Origin: Octopus bimaculoides
Taxonomy: Eukaryota
DNA: 64,000 bases
Direction: 5' to 3'
Assembly: GCF_001194135.2 (NCBI RefSeq)
Contig: NC_068989.1
Span: 66,233,561-66,297,560, forward strand
The notes below the pieces were generated by a model. The model saw only the letters and a list, made by a program, of their open reading frames with translations. It ran no database searches and was not told the DNA's origin. Below, piece after piece: positions 12,445 to 25,395 of the stretch (within the stretch, counting starts at the first letter, position 1; every line of letters begins with the position of its first letter). The translations under genes were made by a program, and so were the position numbers.

Positions 12445-13051
12445 CTCTCTCGCTTCCTCTCTCTCTCTCTCTCTATCTCACCTCTCTCTATACGACGTAA
12501 TATGTATCTAGAGATATCAACCAACTACGTAACCAATAAACATGTATATCGACTATTATTAGATATAGAATTTTTCTCTCATTTATTACGATGTTTTAGA
12601 ACTTTTCGATTAGTCGCAATGATATTTATTCCTCGATCACAACTCTTGAATTTCTATTTTAATCAGGTAAGCTCAGAAATTCTTGGTTGCCAGACATCCT
12701 TGTACTCGCACATGTGTTTATAGATGTACGGAGAGAAACATATCATCTCTCTCTTCTCTCTCTCTCTCTCTCTCTCTGTCAGTGACCACTGGTATATATA
12801 TATATATACATATATATATATACGCACATGTATACCTGTATACCATATTTTCAAATTATTGTTATTATTATTATTATTATTATTGTTTTTTTTTCTTCTT
12901 TCTTCAAATTTTTTCCCATTTCTCGCCGAGTGTTTTCCGTACACCTAGGGCAGAGAAACGTTGTATGCATTCCCAATTTACACACGCAAATTCATAGGTA
13001 AAACATGCATTTAAGAAAAAAAAAAATCATGAATGGATGTTGTTTTCACAG

Positions 13052-13119
13052 CGATAATGCTCTTCTTAGTACATGAGTCGTTCCAGTTAGCACGATTTTT
13101 TGCACCTCCTGTAGAGATG
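13052..13119 (+). CDS. Candidate internal exon, unidentified protein (xIMLFLVHESFQLARFFAPPVEM)
   Basis: Acceptor tgttttcacag, donor ATG|gtaagc, one open frame, non-repetitive sequence. Confidence 0.3.
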
Positions 13120-13187
13120 GTAAGCCTGGTATCATTTTCAAATAGATTTCAGTACCTTTTTTTATCATTCCTAGAGATCCTACAATC

Positions 13188-13220
<33 letters not shown>

Positions 13221-14002
13221 CATTATTATTATTATTACTATTATTATTATTATCCTTATTATTATTATTACACACATACACATACATACACACACACACA
13301 TACATATACACACATGTGCATATACTAGTGCAAGCACGCTACCTTTAAAATACCATGTTTTACAATGATCTAATATCATTTTATCATATACTCCATTAGT
13401 GTATATGCATAAGTATATATACGGTATGCATGTGGGAATAAGTATGTCAAGACTTACAACACGAAGGAAGCTCGAACGTCAACAAAGGAAATCGTAAAAT
13501 GGAGCAAGCTCCAAGCTGAAATGTAATCAAATGCACACATAAAGCAATGAAAATTACTGTCTAAATACCCTTCGATACATTATAAATACAGCTAGTATTT
13601 GTTACTAAAACACAATATCTTCGTAAATACCGTTATTCTACCTACGTTTGAGTGAAGCGAAAAATCAAGCCCATCTCATTCACAGTGATGCAAACCGATC
13701 GAGAGAAATGTATTGTTTGTTAATGTATTATAACATGCAGTAATATACTGAAATATTGTTACTTACAAAATAATAGTGAAGCGAAGCAAGTCAATATGTA
13801 GATATTTAATAGCAATGTAATCTTAGTATCAATTATGTTGAAAAGAACAGCACTAAAAGTACATTTACCGTTGTTAAAGCCTCGAAATGTTAATTCTAAG
13901 TAGAGCACCGGCAAAGCATGCAACAGTTGGAAATATAAAAATGCAGTCAGCTACATGATAAAATATCACAAAGCAGTTGTTAACGGAACGTGCATTTAAT
14001 AT

Positions 14003-14615
14003 TGGCTTCAAATTTTGGCACAGACCAATAAATTCGGTGGAGGGGAAAAGTAGATTACATTGATCCCAGTGTTCAATTGGTACATATTTTATCGAACCTG
14101 AAAGGATGAAAGCAAAGTCAACCTCGGTGGAATTTTAACTCAGAGCATAGAGACGGACGAAATGCCGCTAAGCATTTTCCCTAGAGTGTTTATGATTTTG
14201 CCTTAGCGTGCATTAAATTTTCTTTTCTACTGTACGAACAAGGCTCGAAATTTTGGGGAAGGAGCCCAGTTGATTAGATCGACCCCATTACGCAACTGCT
14301 ATTTACCCGAAAGGTAAAGTCGACCTCGGCGCAATTTGAACTCAGAACGTAAAAACAGACGAAATACCGCTAAGCATTTCGCCCGGCGTGCTAACGTTTC
14401 TGCCAGCTCGCCACCTTAGCCTACATTTAATATTCTTTTCTACTCTACGCACAAGGCCCGAATTTTTGGTGGAGGTGGGGGCAGTCGATTAGATCGACCC
14501 CAGTACGCAAATGGTACTTAATTTATCGACCCCGAAGGGATGAAAAGCAAAAGTCGACCTCGGCGGAATTTGAACTCAGAGCGTAGAGACAGACGAAATA
14601 CCGCTAAGCATTTCG
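14003..14615 (-). mobile_element. Three tandem SINE group B copies (about 14003-14205, 14221-14418, 14433-14615)
   Basis: Repeated aagtcgacctcggcggaatttgaactcaga motif, all in the same orientation. Confidence 0.9.
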
Positions 14616-15828
14616 ATTGCTTTTGTTAACTGAATTCTTTAAACAAGTGCTAAAAATCTTATTAGTTACATGGTGCACGGTAAGATTGGTTTATGAGACA
14701 CACAACAAAGCCGAAACACCGGTGTCCATAAGACCTCTTACCATAGTGAATTGAGTGTCTTTGGAACATACATTTGAGTAAGAGGATTATTTATTCCCAA
14801 AGAGAAAATGCAACAGCAATTAGCATATTAACGTTGGAATCTGCATTGCATGAATAAATACGTCAGTTTGATTCTCACAGTTGTCCAAGAAAATTATCAA
14901 TTTCTACGTACCGCTTCCCCTTCTTTCCGTTTTGCTTTCAACTCCGTGCATTTCCTCCCGGTTTATCTGAGTATAGCAACTTTCTCTACAGTGTTACTTT
15001 TTTTATGTTCACCCTACAATACTTGGTTTCGTTCCCTTCATTCTCCAGATAGTTTATCCTCTCATACCACATCTCTCACATTATTCGTCCCCACCCATCT
15101 CTACGAATACTTCTTCCAACTCCAGTACTTTCTTCCGCTTATTTATCCGCAACGTAAGCGATAACACAATCTACTTTCTCTGTTCTTTATCTGAAGCAAA
15201 AGAGAAAAGAAATCAAACGTCGAGATTTTAAGATTTTTCTCACTTCATAGTCGTTGAACTATCGAATTATACTAAGAAGTAAATGTTACGGATACCAGAT
15301 ATAAATAGATCACAGAGAATCAAGATGTCTTGCCTTACAGAAACAAATATGCGTAAGTAACAATTTAACATGAAGCGTTTCTTTATGTATCAAGTCCTAA
15401 CACAAGACACTTGAGTCTCTTGCTCAAGGGAACATGACTATCTAATGGATGATTCCATGTAATAAATTAAAATATTCAAACAGCTCTTCTGTCTCCATAC
15501 TATTGCATATTTGATGCAATCGCAGTGTTTCCTACATGAAATTTCGGTGCTTTCAATTCGATGCATTTCCTTCCGGCTTTTCCTTCTTGTCGGCATCTCT
15601 AAATGCGATAACTGATCATAAGGGAAGTAACTCTTGTAATAGTCATAACTACATCACAAATACACACGCAATTAAAGGCATTTGTTTACAATTTGCACCA
15701 GACTATACATAAGTATATATATATATATATATATATATAATAAAGTAAAGTTGTGGAATACCGTACGAGTGGAAATATATATGAAAGAAGGTTTGAAAAT
15801 GCACTTATTTTTTTAAAAATATTTATTT

Positions 15829-15870
15829 ACTTAACCGGTTTCACTTTTTTAGAAAAAGATTATCAAAAGT
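15829..15870 (-). ncRNA. Degenerate minimal hammerhead motif (Penelope-like)
   Basis: Minus strand: actt-TTGATAA-t-cttttt-cta-aaaaag-t-GAAA-CCGGT-T-aagt; ACCGGT palindrome and 4-bp stem I; core has two transitions from CTGATGA. Confidence 0.4.
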
Positions 15871-15914
15871 CTTTGAGAATAATAAAAAATGTTAAAAAAC
15901 AGTTCGAGAATTAA

Positions 15915-16043
15915 AATGCATATATACATTCTTTGATGATGAAATATATTTAAAGTATAAAGCTTTGTATGAACTTTGTATTGTTACATACAAAGCTTTA
16001 TACTTTAAATATATTTTATCATCAAAGAATGTATATATGCATT
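15915..16043. repeat. Near-perfect 57-bp inverted repeat with 15-nt spacer
   Basis: 15915-15971 versus reverse complement of 15987-16043: 56/57 identical; runs into the gap. Confidence 0.95.
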
Positions 16044-16769
16044 NNNNNNNNNNNNNNNNNNNNNNNNNNNNNNNNNNNNNNNNNNNNNNNNNNNNNNNNN
16101 NNNNNNNNNNNNNNNNNNNNNNNNNNNNNNNNNNNNNNNNNNNNNNNNNNNNNNNNNNNNNNNNNNNNNNNNNNNNNNNNNNNNNNNNNNNNNNNNNNNN
16201 NNNNNNNNNNNNNNNNNNNNNNNNNNNNNNNNNNNNNNNNNNNNNNNNNNNNNNNNNNNNNNNNNNNNNNNNNNNNNNNNNNNNNNNNNNNNNNNNNNNN
16301 NNNNNNNNNNNNNNNNNNNNNNNNNNNNNNNNNNNNNNNNNNNNNNNNNNNNNNNNNNNNNNNNNNNNNNNNNNNNNNNNNNNNNNNNNNNNNNNNNNNN
16401 NNNNNNNNNNNNNNNNNNNNNNNNNNNNNNNNNNNNNNNNNNNNNNNNNNNNNNNNNNNNNNNNNNNNNNNNNNNNNNNNNNNNNNNNNNNNNNNNNNNN
16501 NNNNNNNNNNNNNNNNNNNNNNNNNNNNNNNNNNNNNNNNNNNNNNNNNNNNNNNNNNNNNNNNNNNNNNNNNNNNNNNNNNNNNNNNNNNNNNNNNNNN
16601 NNNNNNNNNNNNNNNNNNNNNNNNNNNNNNNNNNNNNNNNNNNNNNNNNNNNNNNNNNNNNNNNNNNNNNNNNNNNNNNNNNNNNNNNNNNNNNNNNNNN
16701 NNNNNNNNNNNNNNNNNNNNNNNNNNNNNNNNNNNNNNNNNNNNNNNNNNNNNNNNNNNNNNNNNNNNN

Positions 16770-16838
<69 letters not shown>

Positions 16839-17062
16839 TATATCTGTTACATCTTTGATATTCTATTTAGCCAAAAATGAAGAATGCATCTATGTCCACT
16901 CTTGTCCACTGAATTACCAAAAACAGCAAAACGAGATAGAACTACCAAATCAATGATGGCTAACTTTCATAAACATGTGTGTGTGTGAGTGTGTGTGTTT
17001 GTGTCTGTGTCTATCTGTCTATCTGTCTGTATGTCTGTCTGTCTGTCTGTGTCTGTGTGTGT

Positions 17063-17110
<48 letters not shown>

Positions 17111-17176
17111 GAAAATAATGTTAGTATAGATAGTGCTAAATTGTATGAGAACTTAAACTCCTATTTTTTCATCCAG

Positions 17177-17237
17177 ACCCAGCAGTTCGGCATCGAAATT
17201 TTGCTATAGGAACAATGTATATCGAGCTTCTATGGAG
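17177..17237 (+). CDS. Candidate internal exon, unidentified (xPAVRHRNFAIGTMYIELLWx)
   Basis: Acceptor ctattttttcatccag, donor GAG|gtagtt, two open frames. Confidence 0.22.
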
Positions 17238-18250
17238 GTAGTTAGATAGATAAATTCGTTAGGCTTCAGGCGTACATATTTATATGTAGCACAAAATGTA
17301 AATTAGCAAATGAAGAAAAAACACAGAACAGAAGAAAAAGATTATGTAAAAGACTTTACATAATCTTTCTCTTCTCTTTTGTTTCTTTTTCCATCATTTT
17401 GTAATCTGTATTTTGTGCTCCATGTCATTGTATATTTCAAAACTACAAGTGTATATCTATCTTAGTACTGATATATATATATATATATATATATATANNN
17501 NNNNNNNNNNNNNNNNNNNNNNNNNNNNNNNNNNNNNNNNNNNNNNNNNNNNNNNNNNNNNNNNNNNNNNNNNNNNNNNNNNNNNNNNNNNNNNNNNNNN
17601 NNNNNNNNNNNNNNNNNNNNNNNNNNNNNNNNNNNNNNNNNNNNNNNNNNNNNNNNNNNNNNNNNNNNNNNNNNNNNNNNNNNNNNNNNNNNNNNNNNNN
17701 NNNNNNNNNNNNNNNNNNNNNNNNNNNNNNNNNNNNNNNNNNNNNNNNNNNNNNNNNNNNNNNNNNNNNNNNNNNNNNNNNNNNNNNNNNNNNNNNNNNN
17801 NNNNNNNNNNNNNNNNNNNNNNNNNNNNNNNNNNNNNNNNNNNNNNNNNNNNNNNNNNNNNNNNNNNNNNNNNNNNNNNNNNNNNNNNNNNNNNNNNNNN
17901 NNNNNNNNNNNNNNNNNNNNNNNNNNNNNNNNNNNNNNNNNNNNNNNNNNNNNNNNNNNNNNNNNNNNNNNNNNNNNNNNNNNNNNNNNNNNNNNNNNNN
18001 NNNNNNNNNNNNNNNNNNNNNNNNNNNNNNNNNNNNNNNNNNNNNNNNNNNNNNNNNNNNNNNNNNNNNNACCTTTTACATATACAGTAACTCACAGACA
18101 TACACCCCCAAAAGAATTTCAGTAAAATTGCCATTACTCTGATAATATCGAAAAAGATCAAACAAAATAATAAATATTTTCAAAGATATGAGCGAAATAT
18201 TAATTTTCAAACGTTACAAAAATATGTACACTCCAAAGGAAATTTGCTAT

Positions 18251-18662
18251 ACTCTTTTACTCTTTTACTTGTTTCAGTCTTTTGACTGTGGCCATGCTGG
18301 AGCACCGCCTTTAGTCGAGCAAATCGACCCCAGGACTTATTCTTTGGAAGCCTAGTACTTATTCTATCGGTCTCTTTTGCCGAACCGCTAAGTTACGGGC
18401 ACATAAACTCACCAGCATCGGTTGTCAAGCGATGTTGGGGTGGAACAAACACAGACATACAAACACATACACACATACATATATATATACATATATACGA
18501 CAGGCTTCTTTCAGTTTACGTCTACCAAATCCACTCACAAGGATTTGCTCGGCCCGAGGCTATAGTAGAAGACACTTGCCCTAGGTGCCACGCAGTGGGA
18601 CTGAATCCGGGACTATGTGGTTGGTAAGCAAACTACTTACCACACAGCCACTCCTACGCCTA
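18251..18662 (-). mobile_element. SINE group A, full length, inserted in the Tc1 left IR
   Basis: Complete head-to-tail copy; flanks rejoin as tttgctatattcaa, identical to the right IR. Confidence 0.95.
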
Positions 18663-18804
18663 TTCAATTTTTTATCCCCTTTTTTTTAACTAAATTCAGA
18701 TATTGCTGATAATTTCAATTCTAATAAACTATTTCTTCTGGCGTTTTTGCATCTGCAGGAATTCTGATTTGTGCAACGTGGTGAAAATCTTCATTGTGAA
18801 TAAA

Positions 18805-19782
18805 ATGACACCAAAAGGAAAAGAATTGTCTGAAGATTTGAAGAAAATGATTTTTAATTTGCGCAAGAATGGCTTAGGATACAAGTTAATTAGCAAACAA
18901 TTACACATTAGCTTAAATATTGTTGCCGAAGCAATTCAGAAGTACAAAGCTACAGGACAGCTAAGCAATAAACATTATCCACATCGTCCTATTTTAACTG
19001 CGCGTGATATTCGCCGCATCCAGCGTTGCGTGATGGACGATAGGCATCGTACCGCTTCTTCTTTGGCCTAAGAAGTGTCTTCTGTTAGTGGAAAGAGCGT
19101 ATCCGTCCAAACAGTTCGCTTTAGTTTGAAACGGTGTGGTCTTCATGGATGCATTTCACGTAGTAAGCCTCTCTTCACTGCAAGACATAAATCAAGTTGT
19201 ATTTCTTTTGCCGAAACCTATGTGAGTAAGGAGGAGTTTTGGAATAAAATTCTTTTTTCTGACGAAACTAAAATCAACTTGTTTGGGTCAAATAGCGACA
19301 AATACACCGTACATACCGTGAAACATGGCGGCGGAAGTATTATGCTTTTGGGATGCATGAGTGCGGCTGGTGTGGGAGGACTCACATTTATTGAGAGAAC
19401 AATGGATTCGAAGCTTTATTGTGACATATTGCAGAAAACAATGTTGAAAAGCATCGAGAAACTAGGAAGACATTCCATGTTCCAACATGATAATGACCCT
19501 AAACACACTTCAAAGATGACGACTAAGTTTTTATCAGATAAAAAGGTAAAGGTATTGCCTTGGCCTACCATGTCACTGGATTTAAATCCAATAGAACATT
19601 TGTGGGGTGTTTTGAAAAGGAGGGTTGAGGAGGAAAAAACCCTGCAATGTAACACAGTTGAAAGACAATATTCAGAATGAATGGAGGTTGATATCATTGG
19701 TTATATGCGGGAATTTAGTTGACTCTATGCCCAGAAGACTTAATGCAGTCATTGAAAGCAAGGCAGTCACACCAAATATTGA
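18805..19782 (+). pseudogene. Tc1 DD34E transposase pseudogene
   Basis: MTPKGKELSEDLK..; FSDETKI, QHDNDPKHT, DLNPIEHLW with 34 residues between D and E; in-frame stop near 19069-19071, a short internal deletion and late frameshifts. Confidence 0.95.
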
Positions 19783-20511
19783 ATATAGCAAATAATCCTT
19801 TAGGGTGTACATATTTTTGTATCATTTGAAAATTAATATTTCGTTCATATCTTTGAAAATGTTTATTTTGTGTCCAAAATGTGTATATTGTCTGCTTGTA
19901 TAATATATTTTATACAGTATAAATTTCGTTTGATTTCCTTTCATATCATCAGACTAATGGCAATTTTACTGAAATTTTTTAGAGGTGTACAAACTTCTGT
20001 GAGATACTGTATGTATATGTGTGTGAGGGGGCTGTATGTGTGAGTATGTATATATCTATGTATGAATGTATACACAGACACATACGCACTTAAAATGACG
20101 CCATAAATCCATGCGTACACATATATATGTCTGAGTGAGTGTGTCTGTGTTTGTGTGTCTGTGTGAGTGTCTGTGTGTGTGTTGGGGGTGTAGGGATGGC
20201 TTTATTTCTTTCTCCCTTTCTCTATTTCTCTCTATGCCTCTCTCTCACTCTCCCTCCTTCACTCACTCCCCTCCTTTATCCCTCTCTCTCTCTCTCCCAC
20301 TCACCCTCTCTTTCTCTCTCTCTCTCTCTCCCTTACATTCCCGTCTCTTATTTAAATTACGTTCTGTTCAAACACTCCACACCAAAAATACCAGCTCACT
20401 GCATTCAATCAACACTTTCAACGTCTTTAAAATATATTCCATTATATTAATCAAATATTTCATCTCTTCACTGATTTGTGTTGCTTATAATAAATCAAGT
20501 TTTCGTTTTAG

Positions 20512-20580
20512 TTATAATCTTATTTAAATTTGGCTACGAAGGTTACTCTCGTATTCCCAACACCCGCTGTGAAAGCCAAG
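20512..20580 (+). CDS. Candidate symmetric internal exon, unidentified (xIILFKFGYEGYSRIPNTRCESQx)
   Basis: Acceptor ttttcgttttag, donor AAG|gtatta, 69 nt, phase 1-1, single open frame. Confidence 0.3.
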
Positions 20581-20593
20581 GTATTACGTAACG

Positions 20594-20663
<70 letters not shown>

Positions 20664-22511
20664 TGCATTATGCATGTATATACGTAGGTAGATGTATGTA
20701 TATAAATGCAAATATATGCATATATATGTGTGTGTGTATATATATATATATATACACATACATATGCATGTATGTGTGTGAATGTGTGTGTGTGTGTGTG
20801 TGAGAATATATAGACAGATAGAGAGATAGATAGATGGATAGACAGACAGATAGAGAGAGGGGGATAGATATGCATGTCGATGTATACGTGTGTATATGTA
20901 TGCATATATATACAAGTGTATATATGTATATGTATATGTATATATATATACGTCTATACATGTGTATATATGCATATGTATGTATGCATGTGTGTATTTG
21001 TGTATGTATGTATGTATGTATGTATGTATGTATGTATGTATGTATGTATGTATGCATGTATGTATGCATGTATGTATGCATGTATGTATGAATCCATATC
21101 CGCGCTCTGCCATTTCTATCAAATTAAACAATACAGAACACAGCCTATTCAAGAGATCTCACTTCCATTGCTGGTATGTTACTTTTGTATTGTTGTTGTC
21201 GCCTTCTCGTCTTTTCTGTGACATTTCCTTAAAATGACATTACTTTAGCCGCTGGAAGCAGATTAGCTATTCAAAATTCTAATTCTATATATTATCCAGT
21301 GCACAAGATCGTACCGACTTAGGACGTTTTGTTACATCTTAATCAAACATACATGCATTACAAAATACCGCTTCTTACAGAACCGCTACCCAGTTTCAAT
21401 ACAATTACAGTTGTTTAATTCAGAATAAACAACAATGTTTCAGCGTGCTGTGTTTCCAAGGTTTGCTTTCATGCAACATAAACATTTTAACGGCTGCATC
21501 TCGTTGAATACATACATAAATGCATACATACATACATACATATACATAAATACATACATATACATACATATATATACATANNNNNNNNNNNNNNNNNNNN
21601 NNNNNNNNNNNNNNNNNNNNNNNNNNNNNNNNNNNNNNNNNNNNNNNNNNNNNNNNNNNNNNNNNNNNNNNNNNNNNNNNNNNNNNNNNNNNNNNNNNNN
21701 NNNNNNNNNNNNNNNNNNNNNNNNNNNNNNNNNNNNNNNNNNNNNNNNNNNNNNNNNNNNNNNNNNNNNNNNNNNNNNNNNNNNNNNNNNNNNNNNNNNN
21801 NNNNNNNNNNNNNNNNNNNNNNNNNNNNNNNNNNNNNNNNNNNNNNNNNNNNNNNNNNNNNNNNNNNNNNNNNNNNNNNNNNNNNNNNNNNNNNNNNNNN
21901 NNNNNNNNNNNNNNNNNNNNNNNNNNNNNNNNNNNNNNNNNNNNNNNNNNNNNNNNNNNNNNNNNNNNNNNNNNNNNNNNNNNNNNNNNNNNNNNNNNNN
22001 NNNNNNNNNNNNNNNNNNNNNNNNNNNNNNNNNNNNNNNNNNNNNNNNNNNNNNNNNNNNNNNNNNNNNNNNNNNNNNNNNNNNNNNNNNNNNNNNNNNN
22101 NNNNNNNNNNNNNNNNNNNNNNNNNNNNNNNNNNNNNNNNNNNNNNNNNNNNNNNNNNNNNNNNNNNNNNNNNNNNNNNNNNNNNNNNNNNNNNNNNNNN
22201 NNNNNNNNNNNNNNNNNNNNNNNNNNNNNNNNNNNNNNNNNNNNNNNNNNNNNNNNNNNNNNNNNNNNNNNNNNNNNNNNNNNNNNNNNNNNNNNNNNNN
22301 NNNNNNNNNNNNNNNNNNNNNNNNNNNNNNNNNNNNNNNNNNNNNNNNNNNNNNNNNNNNNNNNNNNNNNNNNNNNNNNNNNNNNNNNNNNNNNNNNNNN
22401 NNNNNNNNNNNNNNNNNNNNNNNNNNNNNNNNNNNNNNNNNNNNNNNNNNNNNNNNNNNNNNNNNNNNNNNNNNNNNNNNNNNNNNNNNNNNNNNNNNNN
22501 NNNNNNNNNNN

Positions 22512-22567
<56 letters not shown>

Positions 22568-22602
22568 GTGTGTGCGTGTGTGTGTGCGTGTGTGTGTGTG
22601 TA

Positions 22603-22905
22603 TAAAGAAATGTATTCCAAAAGTTTCGAAACTTTTTTGAGCAGAGGCAGTTATAACAATACTAGCTTTTTGTAATTTTCGTACATCATTACCATACTTG
22701 TAGTAAGTTGACCTCCCTACTTTTGTTATTCCAGATTGAAGGAGGCGGCTACAAAGCCTCTCTGAACACAGCCTGTTGAACACAGATGACTTGGCAGAGA
22801 TGACGTTTGCAGAATGCAGACAAGACATTTCAAAGATCGCTATGCAAGAGAGTTTTGAGCTAAGTTGGTGGACACAACCGCTATAGAAACTTGTGAAACG
22901 CTGTA
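22603..22905 (+). mobile_element. Mariner 5'-end remnant (copy 1)
   Basis: TIR-like gaaatgtattccaaaagtttcg; reads DRYAREF*AKLVDTTAIETCETL (QRYAIKFCVKLGKTATETYEML-like); homologous to 50745-51110. Confidence 0.7.
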
Positions 22906-23146
22906 GGTACTTTACTGATTAAAGAAAGTCAAGAATGACCCGTCTGTTTTTGCCTGTTCCTCTAATTGTTGTTTCTCTTGTCTGCGTTTGTGTCATCTAT
23001 CTGTATTTTCATCAGTATTTGATGAAAGAGCTGTAGGATATCCTAGACTTCCTACAACTCTGCATTCGGCTTCCTGAACCCAGTGAGCTAGGTTCCTGTA
23101 ACGAGCCAACGAAACATTAGGTTGCAAGGCACCGAATCGAATTCTT

Positions 23147-23217
<71 letters not shown>

Positions 23218-25059
23218 CGTGTGCGTGTGTGTGTGTATGTGTGTGTGACGGTGCATGTCTCGGTAGGTAGAGCATCGGGTTCANNNNNNNNNNNNNNNNN
23301 NNNNNNNNNNNNNNNNNNNNNNNNNNNNNNNNNNNNNNNNNNNNNNNNNNNNNNNNNNNNNNNNNNNNNNNNNNNNNNNNNNNNNNNNNNNNNNNNNNNN
23401 NNNNNNNNNNNNNNNNNNNNNNNNNNNNNNNNNNNNNNNNNNNNNNNNNNNNNNNNNNNNNNNNNNNNNNNNNNNNNNNNNNNNNNNNNNNNNNNNNNNN
23501 NNNNNNNNNNNNNNNNNNNNNNNNNNNNNNNNNNNNNNNNNNNNNNNNNNNNNNNNNNNNNNNNNNNNNNNNNNNNNNNNNNNNNNNNNNNNNNNNNNNN
23601 NNNNNNNNNNNNNNNNNNNNNNNNNNNNNNNNNNNNNNNNNNNNNNNNNNNNNNNNNNNNNNNNNNNNNNNNNNNNNNNNNNNNNNNNNNNNNNNNNNNN
23701 NNNNNNNNNNNNNNNNNNNNNNNNNNNNNNNNNNNNNNNNNNNNNNNNNNNNNNNNNNNNNNNNNNNNNNNNNNNNNNNNNNNNNNNNNNNNNNNNNNNN
23801 NNNNNNNNNNNNNNNNNNNNNNNNNNNNNNNNNNNNNNNNNNNNNNNNNNNNNNNNNNNNNNNTAGTTAAAGAAATCGTTTCTTTTTAATCAGCTTTCGT
23901 TATTTTCATGCTCCAAAGTGATTGCAGTATGTTTAGTCGCCAATTTTCTTCTTGCTAAGCAGAATCAATATTATTTATAGTGATTCGATTTATTCTGAAC
24001 AATCTTTGCTTCATTATTTTATTTTTCATTTTTTTCTTTTCTTTTCTTTTCTTTTTCTTCATTTTTCTTTTCTCTTTTTCTTTTTTTTTTTCTTTTTTCA
24101 CTCTCTGAGATAATTATCGTAGTTCACTTTCCATCGTCAAAATATTTTCTAGAAGTTTTAACCCACTAAAACCAATCGATTTTATCTTATCATTTATCTT
24201 TATCAAATTCTAACAGATTATAATTACAAAAGGTCACTGACTATCAGTATCTATTTATTTCTTCTTTTTCCCCCCTTCTCTTTCTCTCTCTCTCTTTGGA
24301 AAACCTTTATCTACTTTATGAGAACAACTTGTGTTGATGTGATGTCAATCAAAACGTGTAAAAGAAGTAACTATTCAAGGGAATCTATTCTGTCATTTTA
24401 TTTACTTAATTCTCTATTTTTCGCTGTTCTCAAGTAAAATCGGATTAATTTAAGAATGTACCGTTTAGTTAAGTCCAAATACATGAGTACTTTCTCTTTT
24501 TCCTACTTCCATATGCAATGAAGCAAACTAAAAAGAAAAGCGCCATTCTATTTCTATCAGACATGAAACTAAATATATACTTAATACAAAATAATTAAAA
24601 ATGAAACAGCCGAGAGTTATTTCAATTCGGATGCACACTCTTCATATATTTCTCTTCTTACAATGAATTGTTACGCACTTTCTTAATTTTTTCCGTATTT
24701 TATAAATGTTTATATTTCATTTTATTGATCAACCTAATTACAAATAACACTGGTAAAAGATTATTATAATCTTACGTTAATTCCCTTTTGTATAATTACT
24801 TGGTTATTATATTTTTGATTTAATTTTAAAAATTTGTTACAATATATACGGAGCTTAACGATTAATATTATATCAAGAAAATTAATTCCCCTAGTAAGAA
24901 CTCTCATATTTGTTTGATTTTCTTTTGTCTGTTTTATCATCATCATGCACCTTACTTTGCAATCTAATTCCTACCCTGCGAGAGTAGAAGCGGTTTTCTT
25001 GGAGAAAAGAGTCTAAGAATAGTTCCCTCACATCCTTGTCATAACAGAAAAGACTCTGA

Positions 25060-25395
25060 CAGAGATGATTTTTTTATCTACCCAGGAAGGATGAAAACAT
25101 GAGATTGTCCTCGGATGAATTTGAACCCAGAACACCAAGAGTTACCACAAATACAGCAACGTATCTATTTCATGGTTTGATCGTTCAGCCAATTAATCAC
25201 CTTCAGAATTATTTCTAATTTTAACACAAGGTCAACAATTTTCACGAGGGGGTGGGCAGTCGAATACACTGACTCCAATGCTACTTATTTAATCGATCTC
25301 AAAAAAATGAAAAGCATTCACGACCTCGGCTAAATTTGAACGTAAAGAGTGGCGTAAAAAGCGGCAACAAATGTCGTTAAGTATTTTATCTAGCG
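25060..25395 (-). mobile_element. Two old SINE group B remnants
   Basis: gaatttgaacccagaac and cgacctcggctaaatttgaac motifs. Confidence 0.6.

Larger units (their letters stand above)
18085..20009 (+). mobile_element. Tc1-like transposon with long IR/DR-type inverted repeats, TA flanks, and a SINE insertion
   Basis: TA|cagtaactcacaga at 18085; tctgtgagatactg|TA at 20009; left about 165 bp matches the reverse complement of right about 220 bp apart from a deletion; tacacc-like motif at outer and inner IR ends. Confidence 0.95.
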
